Origin: an uncultured Nitrososphaerales archaeon
GTDB taxonomy: Archaea; Thermoproteota; Nitrososphaeria; Nitrososphaerales; Nitrososphaeraceae
Reading direction: 5' to 3'
Assembly (NCBI GenBank): GCA_963713605.1
Contig: CAVQMO010000001.1
Coordinates: 1,088,001 to 1,152,000 of the forward strand
DNA length: 64,000 nucleotides
In this document: positions 35,251 to 46,981 of the stretch, in pieces
Layout of the letters: each line of letters opens with the position of its first letter
How positions within the stretch are numbered: position 1 is the first letter of the stretch
Notes under the pieces: generated by a model
What the model was told of the DNA's origin: nothing
The model's database searches: none
Seen by the model: only the letters and a program-made list of their open reading frames with translations
Position numbers and translations under genes: made by a program

Positions 35251-35700
35251 ATGACGTATACGCTCATATTTGGTAATAACTTCATTTCGGATAACCCCAA
35301 ATCTGTCACGTGCAATGGTACTACTCTTTTCAGTTTAGGCGAGGATACCGACGGACCTCATTTGACAGCAAAGTTGATTGACCTCTCTGCAAATAATGTG
35401 AAACTTAGTATCGATAAAAATCACTGTACCTTTTGTGCATATGATTTAATCTTAAAGAAGAATGCGCGTAGTCATATCCTCATTGACAATAAGGAGGGAG
35501 AAAATGTGATACAGTCAAGAATTCTCGATGCGTCAACGATCTTCGTTAGTGGAATGTTTGCTATAAAAAATTCGGTATTATTAGTGGTTACCCAAAATTA
35601 TATCATATCTCCAAGCGGGAAAAAAATCATGCATAGCAGAATTTGTGCGAGAAATGGCTCAATATCAATAACCAATAATGGGATCGTATCCGAGACCTAA
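35251..35700 (+). CDS. Hypothetical protein
   Basis: 149-aa beta-rich ORF with an upstream TATA-like element (ttatat). Confidence 0.6.
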   Translation: MTYTLIFGNNFISDNPKSVTCNGTTLFSLGEDTDGPHLTAKLIDLSANNVKLSIDKNHCTFCAYDLILKKNARSHILIDNKEGENVIQSRILDASTIFVSGMFAIKNSVLLVVTQNYIISPSGKKIMHSRICARNGSISITNNGIVSET

Positions 35701-36128
35701 ATGCTAGTTAACCTATACTTAATCTTAACGTCCCCTGTGCCTTGTCAAGGTCTTTTGGATTTTAAACTTGGGATATTCATCTAGCTCTAATTATAGACAC
35801 TAATTGTTGATCATGCTTAACTTTAAACCAAGACCCCTTGACCTTTCTTAGAGCAGGATTGCCTTTTCCCATGAGGCATTAACCACACGTCCGTTTTTGC
35901 TTGGAATTAATGAGAAGGGGGGAAAACATTAGCTTTATGCCAATAGAGGGAGGAAATCCTGGTGATCCAAAAAAATGGAAAAGTTTAGGCTTCATCCCTC
36001 AAAAAGGGCTCAGACCTTTGTATTTTGAATCATAGAGGGAATAATAATTTAAATATGGACATCATACAGTAATGTAATATAATAATGGTGTTTAATCATG
36101 ACCGGACCGTTATGGTGCTAAAAATGAA

Positions 36129-36527
36129 ATGATGCCTCTCTCAGATATCTTCTCTGTTCTTTCCGACAATGACTCTTTAAAGATAATTCAAATGATTGTC
36201 GATCACCGCGATCCCAAAATTACCGACTTTGACAGTCCTAAACGATATTACACCAGGCTCTCAAAACTAAAGAATGCACTTATTATTAAAAGGAAGGGGA
36301 AGTCCTTCGAGATTACGGCATTTGGATCGGTAATATATGACATGATCCAGACGGTTCAGCTCACTCATGATCTTCACTGGAAGCTGCAGGTTATAGATGC
36401 CATTGGTGATCGGGTCCCTGAGGTAGAGCGTCAGCAGATCATAGAGTCATTGATACCAGACAAGTCTATCAGAAAGACATTAATAGAAACAAGACTAGCA
36501 CCCTTGTCTCCGATGAAAGTTGACTGA
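36129..36527 (+). CDS. Winged-helix (ArsR-like) DNA-binding protein
   Basis: SPKRYYTRLSKLKNALIIKRKGKSFEITAFG. Confidence 0.75.
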   Translation: MMPLSDIFSVLSDNDSLKIIQMIVDHRDPKITDFDSPKRYYTRLSKLKNALIIKRKGKSFEITAFGSVIYDMIQTVQLTHDLHWKLQVIDAIGDRVPEVERQQIIESLIPDKSIRKTLIETRLAPLSPMKVD

Positions 36528-37137
36528 GGATTAATTGTTTGGCCGATTTATTGATTGATTGAATATCCTCCTCTCAGTTTTGAGTTCTATGAAGAATCTC
36601 AATTGCTATAGAAGATCTCATATAGATGATGAATAGACATCTAGCCCTGACTGGAAAAACAAATTCATGAACAGATTGACCAGAATCCATAAACAGATTG
36701 AACATTGTAGTCGCACAATCTAGATAAACGAGAACTTTAAATGCTCCTTCGGTGTACAGACATGACAGTAAGAATCCTGTTTGCAGTTTGACTGTTTTTA
36801 CTTCGTTTGATTGTTTGTCTTATTTTTTAACTACTATTAGGGTCCTATTCGCGCCATTTGTTGAACCCCAAAGAAGCTCATTCCCGATACCTATTTTTGC
36901 CAAAACCTAGGTGTTGCACATTATCTCACAACAAATGATTCACAAGGTGATGGATAATAATAACAATAGTTACAATTGTAAGGAGAGTTTTTCTTGTAGA
37001 ATGGACATTTCTAAGATCACAAATTTACCTGTGTTGCCTTAGCTAAATACCTTAATTAGATATATACCAACGTAACTTTCAGTAGTAACAGAAGGTTCAC
37101 ATAAATATCTAGTTTTCAAGTTCTGTTTGATTCTAAT

Positions 37138-37431
37138 ATGAAATACAGAAGTAGAACCGAAATTGCAGGCCTAATCCTAGAGGCAGCAAATGGAGGAGGA
37201 GCTACAAAAACAAAAATAATGTACAAAGCATTCCTATCATTCGCTCAGCTTAGAGAATATCTTACTACACTGCAGGACAACGGACTAGTTGAATACGAAG
37301 GTGGGATGCAAACATACAGAACTACTGAAAAGGGAATGAGATTGTTGGACATCTATGAAAAGATGAATGAATTGGCACCACCACTTACTACGACGGCAGA
37401 GAACAGATTCGTCCACATTGGAGGTCGCTAA
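37138..37431 (+). CDS. Winged helix-turn-helix regulator (HTH_45-like)
   Basis: MKYRSRTEIAGLILEAA...TKTKIMYKAFLSFAQLREYL...YRTTEKG. Confidence 0.9.
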   Translation: MKYRSRTEIAGLILEAANGGGATKTKIMYKAFLSFAQLREYLTTLQDNGLVEYEGGMQTYRTTEKGMRLLDIYEKMNELAPPLTTTAENRFVHIGGR

Positions 37432-37433
37432 GA

Positions 37434-38435
37434 ATGAATCAAACAAGTGCAACAAGATCGCTAATGTTTGCAATTCTTGCGATGGGAATAGTCTTCTCTG
37501 TAAGCGGACTGGTTGTCGGACATTTCGTACAATCAGCTGATGCAACACATCCAAAACATAGAGAATCCAATGGTCGCGATGGTAACAGTAACACCAGCAA
37601 CAACCCTTCAGCATCTCAGAATTTAGGGACTAGCCCAAATGGTAACACTGGAATTGGTGATCTTGGTGTGGGTACCGGTACCGGTAGCGGTGGCGGCAGT
37701 GGCGGTTTGGGATCTGAGATGACAGCACAACAGCTCACTACGCCAGTAGGAGGAGCACAAGCAGCATCAACAAACGCAGCATGTGGACAAGTGGTAAGCG
37801 GAGTAGTAAATCTAACTGCAAATCTTAACTGCAGTGGAGATGGTATCATAGTAGGTGGTCCAAACACAGTAATTAACATGAATGGATTCTCAATCACAGG
37901 ACCTGGACAGGACAGCTCTAAAGTTGGGATTATGGTACCAAATGTTGATAATGTAGTAGTAAATGGACCTGGTTCACTCAGCAACTTCCAAGCAGGAGTA
38001 CTTCTTACTGGAGCAAATGGATTTACGATTAATTCTGTCATACTATCTAACAACCAGATAGGTACATTTATGACAGGAGCTGAAAATGCACAAGTAAAAC
38101 AAAACATTATACAGGGTAATAGTATAGGTGTAGCATCTCACTCAAGTACAGGTGGTGCTATAGACTCAAACCTTATGAATGGCAACTTGCTAGCAGGAAT
38201 AACATTTGTCAACACACAACAGTCCAGTGTAGGAATGAACAATGTAGTTGGAAGTCAGAATGGAGTATTTCTAGATGGACAGAGCAAACAGAATACAATA
38301 TCAGCAAATAACGTACTTGAGAATGTAATTGACCTTAACAATGCAAACGGACTACCAACAAACATCAACGCAAATCAATATGTGGACAACAGCTGTCAGA
38401 CAAGTAATCCAAGTGGTCTGTGTATAGGAAGGTAG
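37434..38435 (+). CDS. Secreted right-handed parallel beta-helix (NosD/pectin lyase-like) protein
   Basis: Signal peptide, Gly/Ser linker, CGQVV...LNCSGDGI and Asn-ladder repeats. It starts 2 nt after the regulator stop. Confidence 0.85.
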   Translation: MNQTSATRSLMFAILAMGIVFSVSGLVVGHFVQSADATHPKHRESNGRDGNSNTSNNPSASQNLGTSPNGNTGIGDLGVGTGTGSGGGSGGLGSEMTAQQLTTPVGGAQAASTNAACGQVVSGVVNLTANLNCSGDGIIVGGPNTVINMNGFSITGPGQDSSKVGIMVPNVDNVVVNGPGSLSNFQAGVLLTGANGFTINSVILSNNQIGTFMTGAENAQVKQNIIQGNSIGVASHSSTGGAIDSNLMNGNLLAGITFVNTQQSSVGMNNVVGSQNGVFLDGQSKQNTISANNVLENVIDLNNANGLPTNINANQYVDNSCQTSNPSGLCIGR

Positions 38436-38458
38436 TAAAGAGACCCAAAAAAACATAC

Positions 38459-38475
38459 TTTTTTTCTTCTTTTTG
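38459..38475 (+). terminator. Oligo-T terminator-like tract
   Basis: tttttttcttcttttt just after the stop codon. Confidence 0.5.
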
Positions 38476-39006
38476 TCAAGTCGTCAGAATGCTTATTTGA
38501 TCAGGTCTTTAAAATTCCATCTCAATTATAAAGAACAATAGGACACTCAACGAGCAACACACAACAACAGTGTTACTAGTAAAACCATTGAATTCTTCTC
38601 AATTGATCTACTCTACTACTCATTAATTCAATTTGGGAATTACTCATTCACCATTTAAGAAGGTATTTCATGAATCCACAGGCATTTAGTACAACTCACC
38701 AAGTTCAGGTACATTCCAAATAGTGCTTGTAACAAAATAATATCAATTGAATTGAGTCTGACAGTATTGAAGTAAATTGGTAATATTTTTCGAGGAGATT
38801 TCTTTCGAGACACATTGCAAAATCCTAATTCAAATGAATACAACCAAATATCATCGAATGCTATTCAATATTGCATTTGTTAAATTAATTAGTGATTCTG
38901 AACAGATTATTTGATACATGTAAAGCGAACCATTATTCATGCTTCCATATGTAACGTAAGTTAAGGGGATCCTTTATATTCTTCTTCTGCCCATATTATA
39001 TCCTTT

Positions 39007-39957
39007 ATGCTTTCTGCCACGAAAAATGCAAACAAGTATGGTAGCAAGAATCGGAATGACCTATTGGTAAGCTTCAAGGGAGTTAAATATGGAGCTTTTG
39101 CTGGTTTTGTAGCAACCTGGTCTATTTCCTCAGTGATCGTCTTAACTGAATTATTACTGGGGCTGAATATAGGTGCATTCTACTCGGTCATGGGAATTAG
39201 TTTAGGTATAAATGATATTACGGCCGCAACTTCGATAGCTTTTGGTCTTCACCTCATAGTCGGGACCATAATAGGAGCAGTGTTTGGTGCAATAGGGATC
39301 AGGTGGAAAAAAATACGTATGCTCAATCCGTACAAATCCTCGTTAGTTGGCATGGGAGCAGGTATCATACTCTGGCTCGTTTTGTTTTTGCCAATAACTT
39401 TATTCCTGGTGCAACCAGCTATTAATTCCATTACTACCATATTGGCTATTGGATCGCAGCAGGCAGTATTTTCTGAAGACGTGAACCTGTCTATTAGAAA
39501 TATCTCATTAGTTGCACTTTCATTTCATCTAATATGGGGCGCTATTTTTGGAATCATAGTCAGCTCTTTACTAAGAATCAGAGTTTTCAAAATAAAACAG
39601 CATTATAACGATATTATTAACATAGATCCAAATATTAGGTTGGTTAACATTAGCGATTCGGAGGGTAAAACAATGTATTCTCGTCATGGTGAAGGTGTAA
39701 AAAATCTACTTACTGCAGATGAGAGCAAAAAATCCATTGAGATGGCTATGACCGGATGGAGAGTAAGGAGTGAGCTTTCCCACAAAATAGGAAGGGGAAG
39801 ATATGTCATCGCAGAGTATGAAAAAATCAAGCGAATCACCATGCCATTTGGAGAAGATTATCTTCTTTATCTAACCACAGAACCACAGGCCAATCATTTA
39901 AACATTATAAATAGAATTCGCAAATTAGAGGCAGGATTAAACTATTCCTTCGGCTGA
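39007..39957 (+). CDS. Membrane protein with a C-terminal roadblock-like soluble domain
   Basis: Several TM helices with His in GLHLIVG and SFHLIWG. The C-terminal part reads IDPNIRLVNISD...KIGRGRYVIAEYEKIKRITMP. Confidence 0.75.
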   Translation: MLSATKNANKYGSKNRNDLLVSFKGVKYGAFAGFVATWSISSVIVLTELLLGLNIGAFYSVMGISLGINDITAATSIAFGLHLIVGTIIGAVFGAIGIRWKKIRMLNPYKSSLVGMGAGIILWLVLFLPITLFLVQPAINSITTILAIGSQQAVFSEDVNLSIRNISLVALSFHLIWGAIFGIIVSSLLRIRVFKIKQHYNDIINIDPNIRLVNISDSEGKTMYSRHGEGVKNLLTADESKKSIEMAMTGWRVRSELSHKIGRGRYVIAEYEKIKRITMPFGEDYLLYLTTEPQANHLNIINRIRKLEAGLNYSFG

Positions 39958-40334
39958 CTAGTGAGCACTGATTTTTCGTGAACTGTGCTAATTATGCGCG
40001 CCAATAACAAAAGGGTAAAAAAAGTCTGTAGCAACTGTAGTAAGATATGATGGATATTTTAGCACATTCCATGAATGACTGAGAATTAGAAAAGGAAACA
40101 TTCCTGCGACTATTATTACAGCAAGGATCTTGCTAAACGAGAGTCGTACAAGTATTTCAGATGTAATGATAATACCATCATTTAAATCGGTTGGCGTGTG
40201 TGATCATCAATAGCATGCTAGAATCTTACTTAATATACTGTTTCAAGTAACATCAAGGAAAAGCTTCTAACAATACTCACACTTAGGATAAACAAAAAAT
40301 TTTTTTAGTGGTGATACTTGCTGAAGAAATTGTA

Positions 40335-40778
40335 CTATAGGAATCGAAAATCCTCTTTTACGGTGATAAGTCCCGTATGACTATTTGTTCTTTCAATAGC
40401 AGGAAGGGCTAACTCTCTTTTGACAAATTGGCTAAGTTCTTTGCGATTTCGAAATTTGGCTACAATTATCATATCTGTAAGTCCTGTGATGTCGTATACT
40501 GCGCACACGTTTGGTAATTTAGAAATTGCTTTTTCGACTTCCATTATTTTTCCTTTAAGTGCTGTAACTTCTATTATTGCTGTCAAATCGTAGCCTAATT
40601 TCTCATGGTCGACTATAGCAGAATAGGATTTGATTATTTGATGGTCTTGGAGTCTATTTATTCGAGAAAGCACAGTTGGTGCAGAAACCCCTATCTGATC
40701 GGCTATGTTTCTATACGAAAGTTTCGCATCAAGAAGAACTTTTTTTAATATCTTTGCGTCTGTCTCGTCAATATTCAA
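40335..40778 (-). CDS. Lrp/AsnC family transcriptional regulator
   Basis: IDETDAKIL...DAKLSYRNIA.QIGVS HTH and a VYDITG..D RAM domain. Confidence 0.93.
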   Translation of the reverse strand: MNIDETDAKILKKVLLDAKLSYRNIADQIGVSAPTVLSRINRLQDHQIIKSYSAIVDHEKLGYDLTAIIEVTALKGKIMEVEKAISKLPNVCAVYDITGLTDMIIVAKFRNRKELSQFVKRELALPAIERTNSHTGLITVKEDFRFL

Positions 40779-41069
40779 TTGATTTCCCTTAACTACTTTT
40801 CAAAATGGAAGTCTGTGATAAACCTTATTGTGTTCTTTTACTTTTGGCAGAAACATATTAACATAACCTTCAGTGGAACTGGCAATGGCATATATGCCAT
40901 ATTTCATCTATCTTAGCTTAGGATCAGTTTACAGATGCAAGAGGCAGTAAGTAGGTTCAAAGAGAGTAACCAGTCGACATTTTTCATCTTGATAATTCTT
41001 GATTCTCTGCAATTCAGAGCACCTAGGTCTCAAATTTATCCGTTTGGATAAGTTTTCAGATATACGTTA

Positions 41070-41285
41070 TCAAGAAACAGACTTAGTTTTGCTTAATAGT
41101 TTCCTTCTTAGCTTTGCATCGTGTGTTTTTATTCTTAAAGCCGTACCACAGCAGGGACATCTTGACCCATTATCCCATCTTATAAAAACCTCACATTCGG
41201 TACATCGTCTTACACCATTCTCATAGAATGAAGCGTGAAACGACTTCTTTGCCTTATACTCGATGCAAATATTTCTACAGGACAT
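41070..41285 (-). CDS. Small Cys-rich zinc-finger protein
   Basis: CRNIC...RRCTECEVF...RCPCCG..LR. Confidence 0.8.
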   Translation of the reverse strand: MSCRNICIEYKAKKSFHASFYENGVRRCTECEVFIRWDNGSRCPCCGTALRIKTHDAKLRRKLLSKTKSVS

Positions 41286-41524
41286 ACTATCTCAACCTAA
41301 ATCAATTCATCAACACAATTAGTTAATTTCCCAACCATATCGTACATCAAACTCATTTGCTGCAACATTTTGAATGTCATTTGGTTGACTAAAAGTTTCT
41401 CTCATTGATATAGATTCGGAATTTGTTTCTAATAATCTGCATGTTAACAATTTGATGTTTCCCATATTAAGAACAAAAGCTGGGGAATTGCTCATCTCTG
41501 ATTCTCACATGCTGGTTTGTCTAC

Positions 41525-41713
41525 CTAGACACTTCTGATGTTTGGAACGAGCACAGATTTAACTTGCTTGAACACGCATGGTGGTATTGACTTGTCTTTA
41601 ATCTTGCAGGCTGTAAAGTGCCATCCAACTTCAAGAGCTAAGTAGCTAACAGCAAAGCCAAGTCCTACATATACGAGCAAATTCAGATTTTCAAACATTT
41701 TATTCGTGTACAA
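41525..41713 (-). CDS. Small membrane protein
   Basis: One TM helix followed by LEVGWHFTACK; TATA-like tttatata upstream. Confidence 0.6.
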   Translation of the reverse strand: MYTNKMFENLNLLVYVGLGFAVSYLALEVGWHFTACKIKDKSIPPCVFKQVKSVLVPNIRSV

Positions 41714-41888
41714 CAGATTTGTATTATATAAAGGTCTTTCTTCCAGAATTTAACACTTGGCATGTAACACAATCTCATACTTAATACATGTTAAGATCTT
41801 CATTAAAATCATGGATGCCTCCTTATCGGTTGTAAAGAGGGACATTTTGTTGTTAGTACTAATAAATAATATCCTGGAACATCCCTAA

Positions 41889-41931
41889 AAAAATTTAATT
41901 GTTTAACCCTGGAAAAATTTAATTGTTTAAC
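41889..41931. repeat. 19-bp AT-rich direct repeat, 24-bp period
   Basis: aaaaatttaattgtttaac occurs twice just downstream of the cyclase gene. Confidence 0.65.
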
Positions 41932-41941
41932 TTAGTGCTCC

Positions 41942-42691
41942 CTAAACTCTTAAAAACTGATATACCTGATATTTGTGTTTAGCATCTGAGCGAGATGGAT
42001 ACTTCCATTTAATTAAATCTAATTTCACTTTGACAAATTTACACCTTTCTAAAAACTCTTTGGAGTCAACTGACGATAGTAAAATATTATGAATTTGCTC
42101 GCCTACTAAGACTTGGTTTGGTTTTGCGATAGAGGTTATCTTGGAGGCCATACTTATGCTTGAACCTACTATGTCCACATGTGATCTTATGAAACTCCTT
42201 CCATAAACCACCACAAGAGTCTTCCCATAACTTAATCCAACTTTTACCGTGATCTCAGGTAATCCAGACATTTTGAACGCTGGATTGATTACTTGAGTTA
42301 TAATTTCAAGTATCGCTGTTGAACAGTTTAACGCATTTCTGCACGCCAGCGCTTCATCGTACATGGCTGGAAACAAGATAATAACAGCATCACCTTCGTA
42401 CTTGAATACATAGCCATCATAACCAAATACGATATTACTTATCTCTTGAGCAAAAACCTGGACCATTAAGGCGAATTTATTATCTTCAAGAGACAAGCTC
42501 AACTCCGTTGAATTGTTGATATCAACAAACATTATGACAAGATTCGTTTTGGTATTGACTTGTCGCCTCAATAACTTCGCGCAGTCTTGAGTTGACATAT
42601 CAAGTTGAAGGCCGTCCTGAAGGGTTTTGGCCACTCTTGCACGAATTTCGGATAAATCTAGACTAGTGATATTAATTGAATTTTGAACCAT
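41942..42691 (-). CDS. Class III adenylate/guanylate cyclase domain protein
   Basis: MFVDINNST, KYEGDAV, VKVGLSYG, DIVG and AKPNQVLVGE. Confidence 0.9.
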   Translation of the reverse strand: MVQNSINITSLDLSEIRARVAKTLQDGLQLDMSTQDCAKLLRRQVNTKTNLVIMFVDINNSTELSLSLEDNKFALMVQVFAQEISNIVFGYDGYVFKYEGDAVIILFPAMYDEALACRNALNCSTAILEIITQVINPAFKMSGLPEITVKVGLSYGKTLVVVYGRSFIRSHVDIVGSSISMASKITSIAKPNQVLVGEQIHNILLSSVDSKEFLERCKFVKVKLDLIKWKYPSRSDAKHKYQVYQFLRV

Positions 42692-43056
42692 GATTCAATT
42701 CCATATGGTAAGTAATTAATAGGCTTTGATAGACCAATAGGATTACTGCACCAATATGAATTCGATCTCTGCGTTTTCAAATCTAACCTTATACTAGGCA
42801 ATTTAGTATACCTGCGTGATTTTTCTAGTAACCATGTCTGCTGCTACTACTACTATGTTTACAATTCTCGTCTCAATCTTTGATTCCAAATACAAAAATA
42901 TAATCTTATTGATAATATGATGTCGTTCTTTACATAAACCTATTATTCTTTGTATTTATTTCATGGAGTGATAATTCGGTTATGGGGAAGATAAATTAAA
43001 AATTCTCATTTACGTATTTGAATTATATAAAAAAAGGATTGGGGCGCGCAGTCGTC

Positions 43057-43758
43057 CTATTGCAATACTTCCACAGTACCTGTCATCCAGGGATGTAAAA
43101 CGCACAGATAATTATATGTGCCTGGCTTTTCAAAAGTCGCCGTAAACGTATTCCCTGTACCAGGATATTGTTTTTCTAACCCTTCAGGGAGGAACCATCC
43201 AGAATTAACATACATCTCATCTCCTGCAAAAGAGTAGTTTGCATTTGGATTCATAGATTGCACTCTGTCTTGCGAATCAATTGCAACCGGGTTATACGTT
43301 CTCGAGTTTATCGCCAAAAGTGTGTTCTTTCCACCTTCGCCTGGAATCAAAATTGGCCCATTGTTAGAGCCAGGTGGAATAGCATTAAATTCTGTCGTGT
43401 TAGAGACAGCAAGCGGAGAAACCACACCTGCAAACGTGCTGTTATCTAATACGAAAGTAACTGTGTGCGGTTCTGCCGCTCTTAAGGTCGGATTGTACCA
43501 GGCGACAGAATCTCCGGCATTGATCGATACCTTTTGAGGAAGGAACACAGTCCACGGAGCCGACGCATTTCCACCACCAGCTGCTACCTTGACTATTTTA
43601 TTTTGTGCTAAGGTTGCGTTAGAGGTCATGCCGCTCCTGACGGTAAACATTACAAGAGCCATCATACATCCCATACTAATTATGCCAAAAAACATTCGAT
43701 TACGAACCATTTGTTCTATTAGCAAGGTCAGTAAAATATAAACATCTCGAATCATCAC
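43057..43758 (-). CDS. Cupredoxin/blue copper protein with internal insertion
   Basis: EPHTVTF and YLCVLHPWMTG Cu ligands, with a signal/TM segment. Confidence 0.9.
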   Translation of the reverse strand: MMIRDVYILLTLLIEQMVRNRMFFGIISMGCMMALVMFTVRSGMTSNATLAQNKIVKVAAGGGNASAPWTVFLPQKVSINAGDSVAWYNPTLRAAEPHTVTFVLDNSTFAGVVSPLAVSNTTEFNAIPPGSNNGPILIPGEGGKNTLLAINSRTYNPVAIDSQDRVQSMNPNANYSFAGDEMYVNSGWFLPEGLEKQYPGTGNTFTATFEKPGTYNYLCVLHPWMTGTVEVLQ

Positions 43759-44009
43759 TGATTCGATTCAGGATACAAGATATGAAGTAGAAAATAATCA
43801 ATTCACGTCAGGTTTAGAACCCGCACTACGCTACTAAGGATTAGACTCAACAAACCATTCCAAAGTTAGAGGCGACCCAATTCTGTATGAAAGCTGCCTG
43901 ATCATGTCGTGCCAGAAAATTATCCCAATCTCCTCAACAAGAGTAATCGGTTACAAATGGTAAGTTAGAGGATGAACCAATTTGAACTATCTACATAGCT
44001 AGCTAGCCA

Positions 44010-45256
44010 TTATTGGGAAGAGAGGGAAGGCGGCGGTGGTCTTTCTCCCATCACAGCATCTAAATCAAGCTCAGTCCCATTTCTGAATACCTTTAGCACT
44101 ATTTTTTCTCCGGGCAAAGTATTCCTTTCAAGAAAAGACACTAATTGTTCAAATTCAGTAATCTTCTCTCCATTGATCCCTACTATTACATCGCCGCCAT
44201 GCTTTTTACCATACTGATCGGTTGTAGTTCCACGCAGACTTGCGTTATCAGAAGGCCCTCCTTTTGCAATTGTATTTACAACTACTCCCTTCACATCCGG
44301 TGTGATATTTTCTATATTTGTTGCTAGATCCGATGTAAGGGTGGTTCCAGTCAGTCCTAAATATGGATGGGTGTAGTTGCCTTTTTCAATTAACGTTGGC
44401 ACTATATGTTCAATTAGATTCATTGGTATCGCAAAACCTAGACCTTGCGACAGTGCACAAAGTTTACTCCTACTACCTCCCCTTGTGTATTCAGCAGAGG
44501 ACCACCAGAGTTGCCCGGATTTATAGCAGCATCTGTTTGGATCACGTCGGGAACAGAATACTGAACTTCAGGGGCTGGAACTAATCTACCTACCTGACTC
44601 ACTATTCCCGTTGTCATTGTGCCTGCGAGGCCATAGGGATTGCCTATAGCGATGACCTGGTCACCCACACTTAAGGTGGAAGAATTCCCTACTGGGAGGG
44701 GCTTTAGTTGCGATAGATCAATTGTATTATTTTGAGTTTTAATAATTTTCAAAACTGCCACATCAATATACGGATCCACGGCCGTCACATTTGCTCTCAA
44801 CCTGTCCCCATTTGTAAAAGTCACATCAACAATCTTGGCATCGCCAACTACATGCCTGTTAGTAATAATGTGTCCTTGGTTGTCAATTAGGAAGCCCGAA
44901 CCTAACGCAGTTCTATTTTCCTGCGATGGGTCAACTGCTATGCCGGTTTGTGGGACCGTCCTAGTTATCTGTACCACAGAGTCCTGTGTCTGTTTGAAGA
45001 TCTTGTTCAGCATATTTCCAGACGTTTCTGTTAAAGGCGGAACTACCAAGGAGGAATTGTTATCTATTGCTTGCAAGTTGGAACCGTTGTTCACAGTCCC
45101 ATTTTGTCCTGCAACCTGCATTTGCAATTTCATTGGTGTTGTTGTGTTCTGATACTCAGTAGAATAAACGGTGCTTGTTTTCTCAGAGTTGAAAGAAAAC
45201 AATAGTCCACAAGAAAATAAGACAATTCCTACTAACAGTAATATCGAGGGTATCAA
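44010..45256 (-). CDS. HtrA/DegP-like serine protease with one PDZ domain; 1-nt deletion at ~44457
   Basis: Intact triad TNRHVV / YIDVAV / PGNSGG. The repair gives GVNFAALSQGLGFAIPMNLIEHIV and joins ORF 44010-44423. Confidence 0.9.
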
Positions 45257-45605
45257 TTAGGCTTTCGTCAGTTCTTTTTTTCTGTGTCATATTTATTATC
45301 GTTGCCCTTCACGAGGCGGTTAGAATGTCGGCACATATCATTTGTTTGGTTAAGCTCTACTACTGTGTAAGTAAAGTTCAGCAATCAAGATGGAGTTTTC
45401 AGCAACAATGGTGACATTGTTGAGAGTGATTTTCTAGCCTGTGACTTCGATGGCTGCTAAATCATTTAGGTAATTTTCATTTCTAGTCATATCAACTTCA
45501 CTGTGGTATCTCTGTTACACTGGTCAAGAACTTGAGCATAAATCCCGCTTACATCAACCACTCCTTCCACATACAAATATAGCAAAGCCGTGCTACCTTG
45601 CACTT

Positions 45606-46322
45606 ATGGTTATGCGGGCTATTATTTTTGATATGGATGGTGTTTTGGTGGACACTATGCCGTCGCATTTTAAAGCCATGAGAGGAGCGGTCGCGGAGTT
45701 TACAGGAATTGATTTGGACGAGAGGACATTCTATTTACTTGAAGGAATGCCCATAAAGGAAATGGCACATAAAATACTTGAACGTAGGGGTTTTGAGGTC
45801 AAGAAAGAACAGACTAATTTGGCTGCTCTTGAAGAGATGATAGGCGCAAGAAAGAAGCAAAACTTTATGGAGATGAAGCAGATTCCTAAACCATTTATGG
45901 GCGTTCGAAAGTTAATACTACAAGGCCTAGAAAAAAGCTGTTTAAAGGCGGTTGTAACCGGTTCATCTAAGCAAGAGCTGGATATTATTTTGGATAAGAA
46001 CTTTGGAACGAATGTGTTCTCTGTTATGGTAAATGGCGACGAATTCGAAGGAAAAGGCAAACCTGATCCTGCCCCATACCTGACTGCTCTAAGCAGGCTC
46101 AAAGTGCCTGCTGCTAACGCTCTAATAATTGAGAATGCTCCCTTGGGGGTACAAGCAGCCAAGAGACTGGAGCGAAATGCATTGTTGGTACTGAACGCTT
46201 CACCACTCACAGTTGATGATTTCAGAGGATTAATTGATAACAAGAAGGACATATTTCGGGATATAAATGAAGCAAGCAGCTATCTGATGGATTGGTGTAC
46301 TGCTAGTACTAAGCAGTCCTGA
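45606..46322 (+). CDS. HAD-superfamily phosphatase (beta-phosphoglucomutase-like)
   Basis: IIFDMDGVLVDT, VVTGS, GKPDPAPY and IENAPLG motifs. Confidence 0.92.
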   Translation: MVMRAIIFDMDGVLVDTMPSHFKAMRGAVAEFTGIDLDERTFYLLEGMPIKEMAHKILERRGFEVKKEQTNLAALEEMIGARKKQNFMEMKQIPKPFMGVRKLILQGLEKSCLKAVVTGSSKQELDIILDKNFGTNVFSVMVNGDEFEGKGKPDPAPYLTALSRLKVPAANALIIENAPLGVQAAKRLERNALLVLNASPLTVDDFRGLIDNKKDIFRDINEASSYLMDWCTASTKQS

Positions 46323-46981
46323 GCAATGCAGTTTATTGGAAGATTCTTTGATAATGACAACAGGTCTTTGGGGCGGGTATTATAACTCCTTCTTCCACTG
46401 TTATCTTAAGGCCAATTAATGTTATTGTGTTCTAAAACAAATAACTGAAAGAGGACCAGCTCGTTCTGAGAGAGGGATCCAATTTGAGCTCGACTTTAAT
46501 CAGTGAGTCCTATCAAAAAGATTGATCATGTTAACGATCCAGATCGGATCGTCGGTGATGTGTCATCGGAATTTAGAACCACGGAACCATTCAAATGGGC
46601 CAAACCGATGATAGATAGATAATAGCCTAGGTGCTTGTTCGTAATAATTATGGGCTGACACCATAGAATCCTCTCCTTGAGTATACTAATTCGTTTGTAT
46701 GGGTTCGCTTATTTTCAGATCTGTCTGTGGACATTAATATTTCGTTTCCCATCATCAACCAGCGAGCCTAACACCTAGTTTTCCCAGGATTGTTATTTTT
46801 ATCCGACACCGTACCTTTTCGAGTACCGGCTACGTGAATATACTCCGCGAATCCTTGCAAAAGGATTCAGACTCGTGCGGATGACAAACAAAATCCACTA
46901 AGGTATCATCCGAGCATAGCGAAAAGCAATCTCCCCTTTTAATCAACTTTTTATAGTCGGCACTATAGGATGGGACTATAA

